Assembly (NCBI GenBank): GCA_944331955.1 | Contig: CALVIY010000002.1 | Span: 7,802-71,801 of the forward strand | DNA: 64,000 nucleotides | Source: an uncultured Bacilli bacterium | Lineage (GTDB): Bacteria; Bacillota_I; Bacilli_A; RF39; UBA660 | Direction of reading: 5' to 3' | Part shown: positions 11,234 to 20,468 of the stretch, piece by piece | Layout: each line of letters begins with the position of its first letter | How positions within the stretch are numbered: the stretch's first letter is position 1 | Translations under genes and position numbers: made by a program | Notes under the pieces: model-generated | What the model was told of the DNA's origin: nothing | What the model saw: only the letters and a program-made list of their open reading frames with translations | Databases searched by the model: none

Positions 11234-11887
11234 TTATTCGATGGATGATAACTCTGCTATATATATTGTTTGGGTAGAACTATCATCCTTAGTACAGGTA
11301 ATTAATGTAAGTGTTGTAATATCATAGTTTCTTTTGATAGCAACTTTACCTGTATTTTTTTGTTTATAAATATCTTTGATTTGATATTTATAATTTAATC
11401 CTGCATAGGTAACAATAGCTTCATCTCCTATTTCTAGTTTGTAAAGATTTCTAAAGAAAGCTTTCCAACCAGTACCAGAGTGCCCTGCTATTATTAGGTT
11501 ACCATTTATAATATCTGGTAAGGAACTGCCTTTTATTATTTCTATGTTTGACTCTACGTTGTTAAGGCTAGAATTAATATCGTAAAAACCCCTTTTAAAA
11601 TTTATTTTTGGTATTTCTAAGTAACCAATATAACTTTCAATATCTTGATAGTTTTGTGTTTTATCTTCTTCATCAGTACTTACTTCTGTTGTATTAACAC
11701 TATATATTTCTGTTTCTTTATCTTCATATATTTTGTCATTCATATAGTCATATGCGAATAGTTTTTTATCACTGATGAAGTTATAAAAAGAGAAGAATCC
11801 TCCAATTGTTATTACAAAGGCTCCAATTAGAGCGACTGTATTAGGAGAGATTCTTTTCGTTTTATTTAACTTTTTGTTTTTTACCAT
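11234..11887 (-). CDS. Sortase (small, probably class B-like), translationally coupled to the upstream adhesin
   Basis: N-terminal membrane anchor, His in IIAGHSGTG, catalytic TLITC motif, conserved Arg (KRNYD region). Overlaps the adhesin 3' end by 26 nt. Confidence 0.8.
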   Translation of the reverse strand: MVKNKKLNKTKRISPNTVALIGAFVITIGGFFSFYNFISDKKLFAYDYMNDKIYEDKETEIYSVNTTEVSTDEEDKTQNYQDIESYIGYLEIPKINFKRGFYDINSSLNNVESNIEIIKGSSLPDIINGNLIIAGHSGTGWKAFFRNLYKLEIGDEAIVTYAGLNYKYQIKDIYKQKNTGKVAIKRNYDITTLTLITCTKDDSSTQTIYIAELSSIE

Positions 11888-13952
11888 TGTAGTATACGAA
11901 TCCTACTCCGGATATTAAAAGCATTGATCCAAAGATTGTACTTATTAGGGATTTATTACTACCAGTAAATGGCACTTCAACTATTTCATTGTTTTCGAAG
12001 ATAACTAAGGCTGTAGGTGTTTCATCACTGATTGTAAATTTATATACTTCATCAGATTTAGTATAACCTTCAGGTGCTGCTTTCTCTTCTACTGTATATT
12101 CTCCATCTTTTAAGTCTGTAATAGTATGAGCTTCCTCAGTTGTTACAAACTCTTCGATGATATTACCTTCACTATCTTTTACTACTAAGGTAGCGCCTGC
12201 TAGTGGATTACCAGTTTTAGCATCTATTTTTAAGATGTTTACTAGTTTTTTAATAGCAGTATTTTCAATAGTGATAGTAGCTTTATTATTTGTATCACTT
12301 ATTGTGAAACTATATATTTCATCTGTTTTCTCATAACCTTTTGGAGCAGTTTTCTCTTCTACTGTATATGTTCCATCTTTTAAGTCTTCTAAGATATGAG
12401 GTTTTGTTGTTGTAGTAAATTCTTCTACTACTTTTCCAGTACTATCTTTTACTACTAGTACTGCTCCTGCTACAGGATCTTTTGTAACAGAATCTATTTT
12501 AATAATTTCTGCTGTTTTTTCTATTAATTCGTTTTTAATTGTAATAGTAGCTTTATTATTTGTATCACTTATTGTAAAGCTATATACTTTGTCTGTTTTC
12601 TTGTAACCTTTTGGAGCAACTTTCTCTTCTACTGTATATGTTCCATCTGCTAAATCTTTTAGAACATGAGCACTTGTTGTAGTAGTAAACTCTTCTACTA
12701 CTTTACCATTAGCATCTTTTACTACTAATACTGCTCCTGCTACAGGTTTTCCTGTTGTAGCATCTACTTTTATAATAGTTGCTTCTTTATTAATTGCATC
12801 ATTTTTAAATCTAATTGAAATATTTCTATTTGTATCACTTATTGTAAATTCAACTACTTGATCATTTAAGATATAACCTTTTGGAGCTTCTGTTTCTTGT
12901 AAAGTATAAGTTCCATTTGGTAAGTTCTTAATTACATGTGAAGATGTAGTTGAAGTCCAAGTTGCAACTGTTTTACCTGCACTATCTTTTACTACGAATT
13001 TTGCTCCTGCAAGTGGTTTATTAGTATCATCATCTATTTTAGTAATTGTAACTTTACTTGTTGAAAGTGTTAGATTTGTTTCATCTGTTAAAGTTGAAGT
13101 TTCTGGATATAAAACTGAACCAAAAACACTTTGCTTTGTTGGATCACTTGATTTATACATATATGCTTTATTAACTGATCCAGTTGCAGTTGCTTTTACT
13201 TTAATGTTTAAATTTCCAACATCAACAGAATCAACTGGTATTCTAACTTTAAAGCTTTCATTTGTTGCAAATGAACTTTGAGCTGCTCCGTTTGAAGCAT
13301 TTACTACTGTTGTTCCTGATGGAGCATTTTCTAATGATATTGTATAATTACCTGTTGTATATAATGCTTTTACACTAATAGCTGCTGATTCATAGTATTT
13401 TTTATCGTTTGATAAGTTTAGTGAAGTGTCGTTATTTACTAAACTCATAGATGGTGTTGCATAAGATGTTACACTTTCAGCTCCTTCTACTAGTTTTTTG
13501 ATATACTGTCTTATATTATGTGGATCTTCTCCAGTTGTTTTAACTGGGTCAGGTAAGTTATTTGTACCCATATGTAAATCCATATACCACCATAAAGCTG
13601 CTTGCGTAATATAGTAGTCCATATCATCATTACCAGTTATACTGGTTCTAGGAAAACCATTTGATAAGATGTAGGCAATAGGTGCTGGTGCTTCACCTTC
13701 TAATGTCATTGTAACTCCATATGGAATACCTAAATGGAAATTACGACAATAAACATAACCACCTAAACTACTATTTAATTTTGCAAAACGCCAACCATCA
13801 ATATACCCTTCTAGTAATTTTTCACTATTTGCTGTGAAACTAGTTGGTGCAGATGAGGCAGCATTTATATTAGTAACTGCAAATATTCCTAATGTTGCAA
13901 CTAATGCTATTAGTACCATTAATTTTAACTTATGAAATTTTATTTTTTTCAT
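11862..13952 (-). CDS. Cell-wall-anchored thioester-domain (TQXA) adhesin with four SpaA/CnaB-type repeats and a VPFTG sorting signal
   Basis: Signal peptide MKKIKFHKLKLMVLIALVATLGIFA. Cys in GGYVYCRN (~aa 69) and YYITQAALWWY (~aa 116-122) match the Cys/Gln thioester motif. Four ~86-aa repeats carry xKxDxxTxxPLAGAxxVVKD...GxYTxxExxAPxGY. C-terminus is VPFTGSNKS + hydrophobic segment + KKQKVK. Confidence 0.8.
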   Translation of the reverse strand: MKKIKFHKLKLMVLIALVATLGIFAVTNINAASSAPTSFTANSEKLLEGYIDGWRFAKLNSSLGGYVYCRNFHLGIPYGVTMTLEGEAPAPIAYILSNGFPRTSITGNDDMDYYITQAALWWYMDLHMGTNNLPDPVKTTGEDPHNIRQYIKKLVEGAESVTSYATPSMSLVNNDTSLNLSNDKKYYESAAISVKALYTTGNYTISLENAPSGTTVVNASNGAAQSSFATNESFKVRIPVDSVDVGNLNIKVKATATGSVNKAYMYKSSDPTKQSVFGSVLYPETSTLTDETNLTLSTSKVTITKIDDDTNKPLAGAKFVVKDSAGKTVATWTSTTSSHVIKNLPNGTYTLQETEAPKGYILNDQVVEFTISDTNRNISIRFKNDAINKEATIIKVDATTGKPVAGAVLVVKDANGKVVEEFTTTTSAHVLKDLADGTYTVEEKVAPKGYKKTDKVYSFTISDTNNKATITIKNELIEKTAEIIKIDSVTKDPVAGAVLVVKDSTGKVVEEFTTTTKPHILEDLKDGTYTVEEKTAPKGYEKTDEIYSFTISDTNNKATITIENTAIKKLVNILKIDAKTGNPLAGATLVVKDSEGNIIEEFVTTEEAHTITDLKDGEYTVEEKAAPEGYTKSDEVYKFTISDETPTALVIFENNEIVEVPFTGSNKSLISTIFGSMLLISGVGFVYYNGKKQKVK
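11987..13046 (-). repeat. Four tandem ~258-bp coding repeats inside the adhesin gene
   Basis: Near-identical DNA blocks (e.g. tttgtatcacttattgt[g/a]aa[a/g]ctatata...ctcttctactgtatatgttccatc recurring at ~260-bp period) encode the SpaA-type domains. Confidence 0.8.
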
Positions 13953-13984
13953 TTTTATCCCCCCAATTTGTTTTTGTGCCTATA

Positions 13985-14025
13985 TTATAACATTTTTTTA
14001 AGAAAAAAGCAAGGAATTTCTATAA
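13985..14025 (-). promoter_or_regulatory. Candidate sigma-A promoter for the adhesin operon
   Basis: Minus-strand reading gives TTGCTT...TGTTATAAT (extended -10) about 40 nt upstream of the ATG. Confidence 0.4.
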
Positions 14026-14040
14026 TGTTTGTGTAATATA

Positions 14041-14075
14041 AAAGTAGAGTTCAATTTACTTTAAACTCTACTTTA
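14041..14075. terminator. Hairpin between the adhesin and ytxH (possible bidirectional terminator)
   Basis: AAAGTAGAGTT-loop-AACTCTACTTT. Confidence 0.45.
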
Positions 14076-14093
14076 TTATATTACTTAATTATT

Positions 14094-14519
14094 TTATTTT
14101 TCCTTAATATCTTTAGATTCTAATTTTTCTAAGACATCACTTACTACATCTATAGCTTTTAGTCTTAACTCTTCAGCAGCATTTTCTAAGACTGGTGTAC
14201 CTTTAGCAACAGCAAGATTAACTAAATCTTGACATTTTTTCTTTATTTCTTCTCCCTTTTCCTTAGCGATTTTTAATGCTTTTTCTTTATCTAAATCTTC
14301 AAGATCTGCTTTAATTTCCTCTACTTTTTCTTCAAACATTTCTTTAACTTCTTCTGTATCTACTGATTTAATTTTTTCAACAACGTTATCTAACTTTTCT
14401 TTAATATCCTTTCTTGTTTCACTACCTTTTTTAGGTGCGAATAAAATTCCTAACCCTGCTCCAATAGCAGCTCCTGCTACAAATTTTCCAATTCCACTAT
14501 TTTTTTTCATTTTACTCAT
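14094..14519 (-). CDS. ytxH: YtxH-family protein
   Basis: GKFVAGAAIGAGLGILFAPKKGSETRKDIKEK N-terminal motif followed by a helical, charged remainder. Confidence 0.75.
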   Translation of the reverse strand: MSKMKKNSGIGKFVAGAAIGAGLGILFAPKKGSETRKDIKEKLDNVVEKIKSVDTEEVKEMFEEKVEEIKADLEDLDKEKALKIAKEKGEEIKKKCQDLVNLAVAKGTPVLENAAEELRLKAIDVVSDVLEKLESKDIKEK

Positions 14520-14784
14520 CAGTATCTCCCTTTCCTTTCTTATTAAATATGCTTGTTATAAAATTAACAATACTACCAACAACAGTATCAGTAACTAGAG
14601 TTAATTTATCACTAACATTATCAACAAAATTAAAGACTCCATCTAAATTTTCTAGTTTTCTTTTAGTATTATCTAAAATAGCATCTACTTTATTTAATGT
14701 ATCTAATGCTTTTAGTGATAAAATAATTAGGATAATTACTAATACTATTAATAGGCTATCCAAAATAACCCCTAAAAATTCCAC
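14512..14784 (-). CDS. ytxG: DUF948 (YtxG-like) membrane protein
   Basis: N-terminal TM then LDTLNKVDAILDNTKRKLENLDGV...; overlaps ytxH by 8 nt as in the Bacillus ytxGH arrangement. Confidence 0.7.
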   Translation of the reverse strand: MEFLGVILDSLLIVLVIILIILSLKALDTLNKVDAILDNTKRKLENLDGVFNFVDNVSDKLTLVTDTVVGSIVNFITSIFNKKGKGDTDE

Positions 14785-14787
14785 TTT

Positions 14788-15750
14788 TTATTCTCCTTTC
14801 TTTTCATCATACATTGAATCTATTAAATCAAACAAATTATCTTCGATGCTAGCATCATCATTTTTAGTCTCTTCTTCTTCAAAGCTTTTTAGGTCTGTTC
14901 TTCTTCCTGTAGCTTTTTCATGGGATACATCTTTATAATCAATGTTATATTCAAGTCCTAAATCACTATAGTATTCTTCAGCATCTCCCATTGTAACTTT
15001 GGCAACTGATGGGGTATTATCATCGCTAATATCTAAAAGGCTATCTTCTTCTTTTATATCAAAATCATCTTTTTCTTCTTTAGTTGCATCTTTTTGTTTA
15101 TTAGAAGTTAGCTCTTCTTCAAAGATATCATCACTATTGCCATAGGCTTTTTCTCTGACGCTATCAACATCAATATTTTTTGATTTATAACTACTAGTTA
15201 TTCTAACTTCTTTCTTTGTCACAATTTCGTCTTTTTTGTAATTTTGATCTAAAACTCCATAAATTGGCGAAATAATTGGCGAAGGTTGGAAAGTTTTTCT
15301 TTCTTTTTGCCTAGATGCTCCACCATATTCATGTATTTTTATCTCTTTATCTTTAGGGCTACTTCCATATATACTCTTCTCTTCTTTTGTTTTATCCCCT
15401 TGATATAATGGTCTTGCTTCCGGCACTTCTTTTTTTACTGGTTTGTGCTTAGGTTTCTCTTCTATTTTAGGTTCTATTTTAGGAAGAGGTTTTTTCTCTT
15501 CTTCTAAGTCAATAAAATCATCATCTAAAATAGCTTTAAATTTAAAATCTCTGTTAGGTGTTTCAACCTTTTCTTCTTTCTTTTCTTCTTCAATAATCAA
15601 GTCTTCTTTTGGGGCTTGTTTCTTTGGTTTATCTTCAACTATTATTTTTTTAGCGATTGGTTTTTCTTTCTTTTTTATTTCTTTTGGTTCTTCTACTTCT
15701 ACATATTCCTCTTCAAAAAGCGCATTTTTTAGTTTATCTAACAGTTTCAT
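14788..15750 (-). CDS. Lys/Glu-rich low-complexity protein, function unknown
   Basis: Long ORF, highly charged (EEKKEEK, KPKHKPVKK), in the same operon as ytxG/ytxH. Confidence 0.5.
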   Translation of the reverse strand: MKLLDKLKNALFEEEYVEVEEPKEIKKKEKPIAKKIIVEDKPKKQAPKEDLIIEEEKKEEKVETPNRDFKFKAILDDDFIDLEEEKKPLPKIEPKIEEKPKHKPVKKEVPEARPLYQGDKTKEEKSIYGSSPKDKEIKIHEYGGASRQKERKTFQPSPIISPIYGVLDQNYKKDEIVTKKEVRITSSYKSKNIDVDSVREKAYGNSDDIFEEELTSNKQKDATKEEKDDFDIKEEDSLLDISDDNTPSVAKVTMGDAEEYYSDLGLEYNIDYKDVSHEKATGRRTDLKSFEEEETKNDDASIEDNLFDLIDSMYDEKKGE

Positions 15751-15774
15751 AGCTTAAACTCCACCTTTCATTTC

Positions 15775-16452
15775 TTAGTTCTCTTCTATTTCTATTCTGT
15801 CTTCAGAGGTATTACTATCGCCATAGCCTTCATAAATACCATATTTTTCTTCATATTCTAGATATGTATCTTTAGTAGCAGTACTTCCTTTTGGTTTCAT
15901 AACATCATAAGTGTCTTCTTTGTAATCTAAAACATTATTACCAATAAGACTTTCTAAAACTGTTCTGTTAAATTCTAATGATTTTAAAATACTACTCATA
16001 TTTATAATAGCACTTTTTATCTCATTTTCTTTAACAAATGCTTCAATTTTACCATAATTGTACATGTATTCTATAAAATAAGCATCAGTTTCTTCTATTT
16101 TTGTTATTTCTAAATATCCTTTTTTATCGTTATAATCTAGTTCTTTAGAAAAATAAGCTTTGTTATTTACCTTATACTCTACATCTTCTTTGTTATAAAA
16201 ACTTACAACGTCAATATAAAAATAGTAGGTATTATTATATTCATCTTTTAAGCTGGCATTATATTCATCTTTAGTAATTAACTTTAAGCCTTTAGGAATA
16301 TAATATTTATAACCATCAAAAACATTATTCGCTAGTTTAGTGTTTTCTTCTAGCATTACATCAACTACTTGATCAATACTCATGGCTGTTAAGTTAGTAC
16401 ATCCTGTCAATGTTAAAATAGATATCATTAAAATTATTATTTTCTTTTTCAA
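15775..16452 (-). CDS. Lipoprotein (lipobox LTGC)
   Basis: MKKKIIILMISILTLTGCTNL signal/lipobox. Confidence 0.65.
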   Translation of the reverse strand: MKKKIIILMISILTLTGCTNLTAMSIDQVVDVMLEENTKLANNVFDGYKYYIPKGLKLITKDEYNASLKDEYNNTYYFYIDVVSFYNKEDVEYKVNNKAYFSKELDYNDKKGYLEITKIEETDAYFIEYMYNYGKIEAFVKENEIKSAIINMSSILKSLEFNRTVLESLIGNNVLDYKEDTYDVMKPKGSTATKDTYLEYEEKYGIYEGYGDSNTSEDRIEIEEN

Positions 16453-16501
16453 TATGCAACACCTACTCTTATATCATTATAGCAAAAAAATAATTGGTTT
16501 G

Positions 16502-17128
16502 TCACTTCTTTTGTGCAAAAAGATGATAGACATTTTTCCCCTCTGCTTTAAAACGCATTTCATACTCACTCATAATTATATCAGTATCTGTTTTATGATA
16601 ATCAAAAGAGATATCACTTAATGCATACCCTTTACTACTTAGTGTTTCAAGGGAATAAATGAATAAATCTTCATTATCTGTTTTCATTTCTATTCTTTTT
16701 ATATCTTTAAATAATGAATCATATTTATCTAAAAATATTTTACTAGTTAAACGTCTATCATGCCATCTTGTTTTAGGCCAAGGATCTGAAAAGTTTAAGT
16801 AAATTAAATCTATTTCTTTAGAAAACACTTTATCTATATCTAAAGCATTCATTCTAATTAATTTTAAGTTTTCAATATTACTAGGTATTTTTTTAATCGC
16901 TTTAGCCATTACACTATCAAATTTTTCTATACCTATATAATTAATATTAGGATATTTTTTGGCATTTTCTATAATAAATTTTCCTTTTCCCATTCCTATT
17001 TCAATGTAGATTGGATTATCATTATTAAATAAAGAACTCCATTTACCTTTATAGTCTTCAGAATTTTTTATTAGACAATCACAATTATTTAATATTTCTT
17101 CTTTATTTTTAACATTTCTTAATCTCAT
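16502..17128 (-). CDS. trmB: tRNA (guanine-N7)-methyltransferase
   Basis: IYIEIGMGKGKFIIENAKKYPNINYIGIE SAM-binding motif and DLIYLNFSDPWPKTRWHDRRL. Confidence 0.88.
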   Translation of the reverse strand: MRLRNVKNKEEILNNCDCLIKNSEDYKGKWSSLFNNDNPIYIEIGMGKGKFIIENAKKYPNINYIGIEKFDSVMAKAIKKIPSNIENLKLIRMNALDIDKVFSKEIDLIYLNFSDPWPKTRWHDRRLTSKIFLDKYDSLFKDIKRIEMKTDNEDLFIYSLETLSSKGYALSDISFDYHKTDTDIIMSEYEMRFKAEGKNVYHLFAQKK

Positions 17129-17211
17129 AATACTGTCTCCTTTTACATAGCATATTTTATCATAAATAAATCGTCTTTTGAATATAATATCTTGAAAGTG
17201 AGGTTAAATTT

Positions 17212-17463
17212 ATGAATCAAGGTATGCCTATGTGGCCAAACAATCCTAATATGAATCCTAATCCTAATATGGGAGGTTGGCAAAATTTCAATAGTATTAA
17301 TCAAAGACTTAACAGCTTAGAGAATCAAGTAAACAGACTTGAAAGACAAATGAGAAGACTTGAAAATAGAGTTAATAGAATTGAATCTAGTATGATTAGT
17401 CCAAGAAATTATGATAGTCAGTCTACTGGATATGGTAACAGTAACGATAAATATATGATGTAA
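17212..17463 (+). CDS. Small Asn/Pro-rich protein with C-terminal coiled coil
   Basis: MNQGMPMWPNNPNMNPNPNMGGW...RLERQMRRLENRVNRIE. RBS is AGTGAGG and a terminator follows immediately. Confidence 0.5.
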   Translation: MNQGMPMWPNNPNMNPNPNMGGWQNFNSINQRLNSLENQVNRLERQMRRLENRVNRIESSMISPRNYDSQSTGYGNSNDKYMM

Positions 17464-17465
17464 GA

Positions 17466-17492
17466 GCGAAAGCTCTTTTTTTGTTAAAGAAA
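17466..17492 (+). terminator. Rho-independent terminator
   Basis: AGAGCGAAAGCTCT followed by TTTTTTT. Confidence 0.7.
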
Positions 17493-17562
17493 AAAATTTA
17501 GGGTATACTAAAATTGACAGTTATTAGTAAATAAATTATACTTTATATAGGAAGTGACTATA

Positions 17563-18864
17563 ATGGAATTAAGAGTTTTAGAAAAAGATGAATATGAAAA
17601 ATTTGTAAAGAGTAATCCTTATAAGAGTCATTTTTTACAGTCTTATGATTGGGGATGTCTTGCTAAAGAGGAAAGAGGTCTTACTCCTTATTATTTAGGG
17701 CTAGATGATAATGGAAAGATTGTAGGGGCAACTCTTTTACTTAAGAAAAGTCTTCCTTTAGGGTTATGCTATTTATATGCGCCAAGAGGGTATGTAATTA
17801 ATTTTAATGACAAAGAAATACTAGATAAATTTACAGAAGAGATTGTTAAGTTTGCAAAAAGGAAGAAGGCAATTTACGTAAAGATTGATCCTGATATTAT
17901 TTGGAAGAAGGAAGACTATAAGGGTGAAGTTACGGAAGTTGAGTCTAAAGATAAAAACATTTATAATGAGTTACTTAGACTAGGTTATAAGCATATGGGA
18001 TTTACTAAGAATTTTGAAACTATGCAACCTAGGTATACTTTTAGAATTGATTTAAATCAGTCTATGGAAGAAATTGAGAGTCATTTTTCAAAGACTACAA
18101 AGCAAAGAATTGCCAAGTCTCTTAAACTTAAGACTAAAGTTGAGATAGGAACAGAAAAGGACTTACCTACTTTTTATCATTTAATGATGTTAACGGAGTC
18201 AAGAAAAGATTTTGTTTCTTATGGAATTGATTATTATAAGACTCTATATAAATTATTTAATGAAGATAATAAGGCAACTTTATTTTTAGGTAAAGTTAAT
18301 ATTAAAGATAGTTTAGAAGTATTAAATAGTGATTTAGAAGAAGTTAATAAAAAGATAGAGGAACTTCCTAAAGAGAATATGTCTAAGAGTGCTAAGAATA
18401 AGCTTAAGGAACTTTCTAGACAAAAAGAAAATTTAGAAAAAGAAGTAGAGAAATATAAAAACTATTTAAAAGAGTATGGAGAAGAGGTTACTCTTTCTGC
18501 TCATATGATTTTAGAATATGGTGATAAGGCTTGGGTTCTATATGCTGGAAATCATAATATTCTAACTGAAACTTATGTTAATTATCATACTTATTATGAA
18601 CATTTAAAATTTTGTAAAGATAGAGGATTAAAGATATATGATCAGTTTGGTACTATTGGTGATTTATCTAAAGATAATCCTAGACTTGGTCTACATGAAT
18701 TTAAAAAGAAATTTGGTGGTGATTATGTTGAATTTATGGGAGAGTTTGATTATGTAGTTAAACCTCTTTACTACTTTGCTTTTACTAAGGTAGTACCAAT
18801 TTATCGAAATATGATTAAGAAAAGAAAGAAGAAGGAACTTAAAGATGAAATTGAAAGAGATTAG
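17563..18864 (+). CDS. FemAB-family aminoacyltransferase, paralog 1
   Basis: Whole-length FemABX-type architecture with an inserted coiled-coil arm (LEEVNKKIEELPKENMSKSAKNKLKELSRQKENLEKEVEKYK). Start set at MELRVLEK. Confidence 0.8.
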   Translation: MELRVLEKDEYEKFVKSNPYKSHFLQSYDWGCLAKEERGLTPYYLGLDDNGKIVGATLLLKKSLPLGLCYLYAPRGYVINFNDKEILDKFTEEIVKFAKRKKAIYVKIDPDIIWKKEDYKGEVTEVESKDKNIYNELLRLGYKHMGFTKNFETMQPRYTFRIDLNQSMEEIESHFSKTTKQRIAKSLKLKTKVEIGTEKDLPTFYHLMMLTESRKDFVSYGIDYYKTLYKLFNEDNKATLFLGKVNIKDSLEVLNSDLEEVNKKIEELPKENMSKSAKNKLKELSRQKENLEKEVEKYKNYLKEYGEEVTLSAHMILEYGDKAWVLYAGNHNILTETYVNYHTYYEHLKFCKDRGLKIYDQFGTIGDLSKDNPRLGLHEFKKKFGGDYVEFMGEFDYVVKPLYYFAFTKVVPIYRNMIKKRKKKELKDEIERD

Positions 18865-20134
18865 TTTTGATGAGTTAGAGAAATTTGCTTTAACTACTGA
18901 TGAAGCGACTTTTCATCAGACTAAAGGTTGGGCTAAGTTAAAAGAGCATAACGGATGGTGTCATTATGTTGTAGGTTTATATGATGAAGATGAGATAAAA
19001 GCGGCTGCTTTACTTCTTGCAAAGCGTGTACCTATTGTTAAGAAGTATATGTTTTATTCACCTAGAGGATTTTTAATAGATTATCATGACTATAACTTAT
19101 TAAAAGAATTTACAGAAGAAATTAAGAAGTTTGCGAAAGTCAAAGAAGGTATATTTGTTAAGATAGATCCTTATGTCATGTATAAACAAAGAGATTTAAA
19201 TGGGGATTTAGTTAAAGATGGTATAGATAATAGTGATACTGTTGATAACTTAAAGAAGCTTAGTTACAAACATTTTGGGTTTAATTTAATGCAAGATGCC
19301 TTACAACCTAGATGGATGCATACTATTACTGTTAAAGATAGAACTCTTGATGATGTTATGAAGGATATGGATTCTAAGACAAGACAGATTTTAAGAAAGA
19401 ATGAAAGACTTGGTGTAAAGGTTAGAGAGATTACTAGAGATGAATTACCTATATTTAAAGATATTATGCAACATACTGGGGAGCGTCGTGAATTTATTGA
19501 TAGACCTTTATCTTATTACGAGAATATGTGGGATAGTTTACACGATGATGGCATTCTAAAAATATTAATTGCGGAAATAGATTTTGATGAAGAGATAGAA
19601 AATACTAAAAAAGAAATAGAGGCTTTAGAGAAATCTATTAAAGCAAGGAAGAAGCAGTATGAAGATAAAAGTAAACCTATGAATGAGAAGAAGTATCATA
19701 GTAAACAAGAGTTTGAAAAAAATGAGATTAAGAGACTACAAAAAAATATTGAAAAAACTAAAGATATGAAAGAAAAGTATGGGGATAATCCAATACTTGG
19801 AGGAATTCTATTCTTAATCTATGGTAAAGAAGTGTTATCGCTATATGGTGGTTCTAAAGCAGAACTTATGAGTTTTCAATCTGCATATACTCTTCACTTT
19901 GCAGGAGTTAAGTATGCAATAGATAATCATTATGATACATATAACTTCTATGGTATTACAGGTGACTTTAGTGAAAATAACCCTTTACTTGGGCTTTATC
20001 TATTTAAGAAAAGTTTTGGAGGACAAGTAGTGGAATTAATTGGAGAATTTGATCTTATTATTAGTCCTTTCTGGTATCATGCTTATAAGGTTAGTTATGC
20101 TTTATATCATAAACTTAAGAATATTAAAAGATGA
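18845..20134 (+). CDS. FemAB-family aminoacyltransferase, paralog 2
   Basis: Alignable with paralog 1 (KIDPYVMYK, FYGITGDFSENNPLLGLYLFKKSFGG). Overlaps paralog 1 by 20 nt. Confidence 0.8.
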   Translation: MKLKEISFDELEKFALTTDEATFHQTKGWAKLKEHNGWCHYVVGLYDEDEIKAAALLLAKRVPIVKKYMFYSPRGFLIDYHDYNLLKEFTEEIKKFAKVKEGIFVKIDPYVMYKQRDLNGDLVKDGIDNSDTVDNLKKLSYKHFGFNLMQDALQPRWMHTITVKDRTLDDVMKDMDSKTRQILRKNERLGVKVREITRDELPIFKDIMQHTGERREFIDRPLSYYENMWDSLHDDGILKILIAEIDFDEEIENTKKEIEALEKSIKARKKQYEDKSKPMNEKKYHSKQEFEKNEIKRLQKNIEKTKDMKEKYGDNPILGGILFLIYGKEVLSLYGGSKAELMSFQSAYTLHFAGVKYAIDNHYDTYNFYGITGDFSENNPLLGLYLFKKSFGGQVVELIGEFDLIISPFWYHAYKVSYALYHKLKNIKR

Positions 20135-20160
20135 CTTTCTGATAGGTCATCTTTTTAGTT
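20131..20160. terminator. Hairpin at the convergence of the + and - fem operons
   Basis: GATGAC-loop-GTCATC followed by TTTTT. Confidence 0.45.
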
Positions 20161-20451
20161 TGGTAAATTGTAAAAAATAAATATTATTGATGTTATTAAA
20201 TAGATTATTAATAAGATAACAGCTAAGTAGAAAACAATGGTGTTGGTAAGAAATGCTAGAAAATAGAAAACAAAACTAAAAAATGCTAAGGATATTAAAA
20301 TTATAATTTTTGTAATTATTTTTTTAGTATTTAAATCATTCTTTTTTCTATAACTACTTAAAATCTTTATAAACATAATAAGAAAAATTAAAATAGAACT
20401 AACCATGATAATTGATGGTAAATATAAAAATAATAAAAGCATAAAATCCAT
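20155..20451 (-). CDS. Small hydrophobic membrane protein
   Basis: Three predicted TM segments, 18 nt downstream of the LD-carboxypeptidase gene. AT-rich DNA can generate such ORFs by chance. Confidence 0.3.
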   Translation of the reverse strand: MDFMLLLFLYLPSIIMVSSILIFLIMFIKILSSYRKKNDLNTKKIITKIIILISLAFFSFVFYFLAFLTNTIVFYLAVILLIIYLITSIIFIFYNLPN

Positions 20452-20468
20452 AATAACACCTTTAATTT

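Noticed and set aside
11987-13046. Possible CRISPR array suggested by regular ~260-bp periodicity
   Set aside because: The repeats are long, coding and in-frame (SpaA-type domains), not short palindromic repeats with unique spacers. No cas genes nearby.
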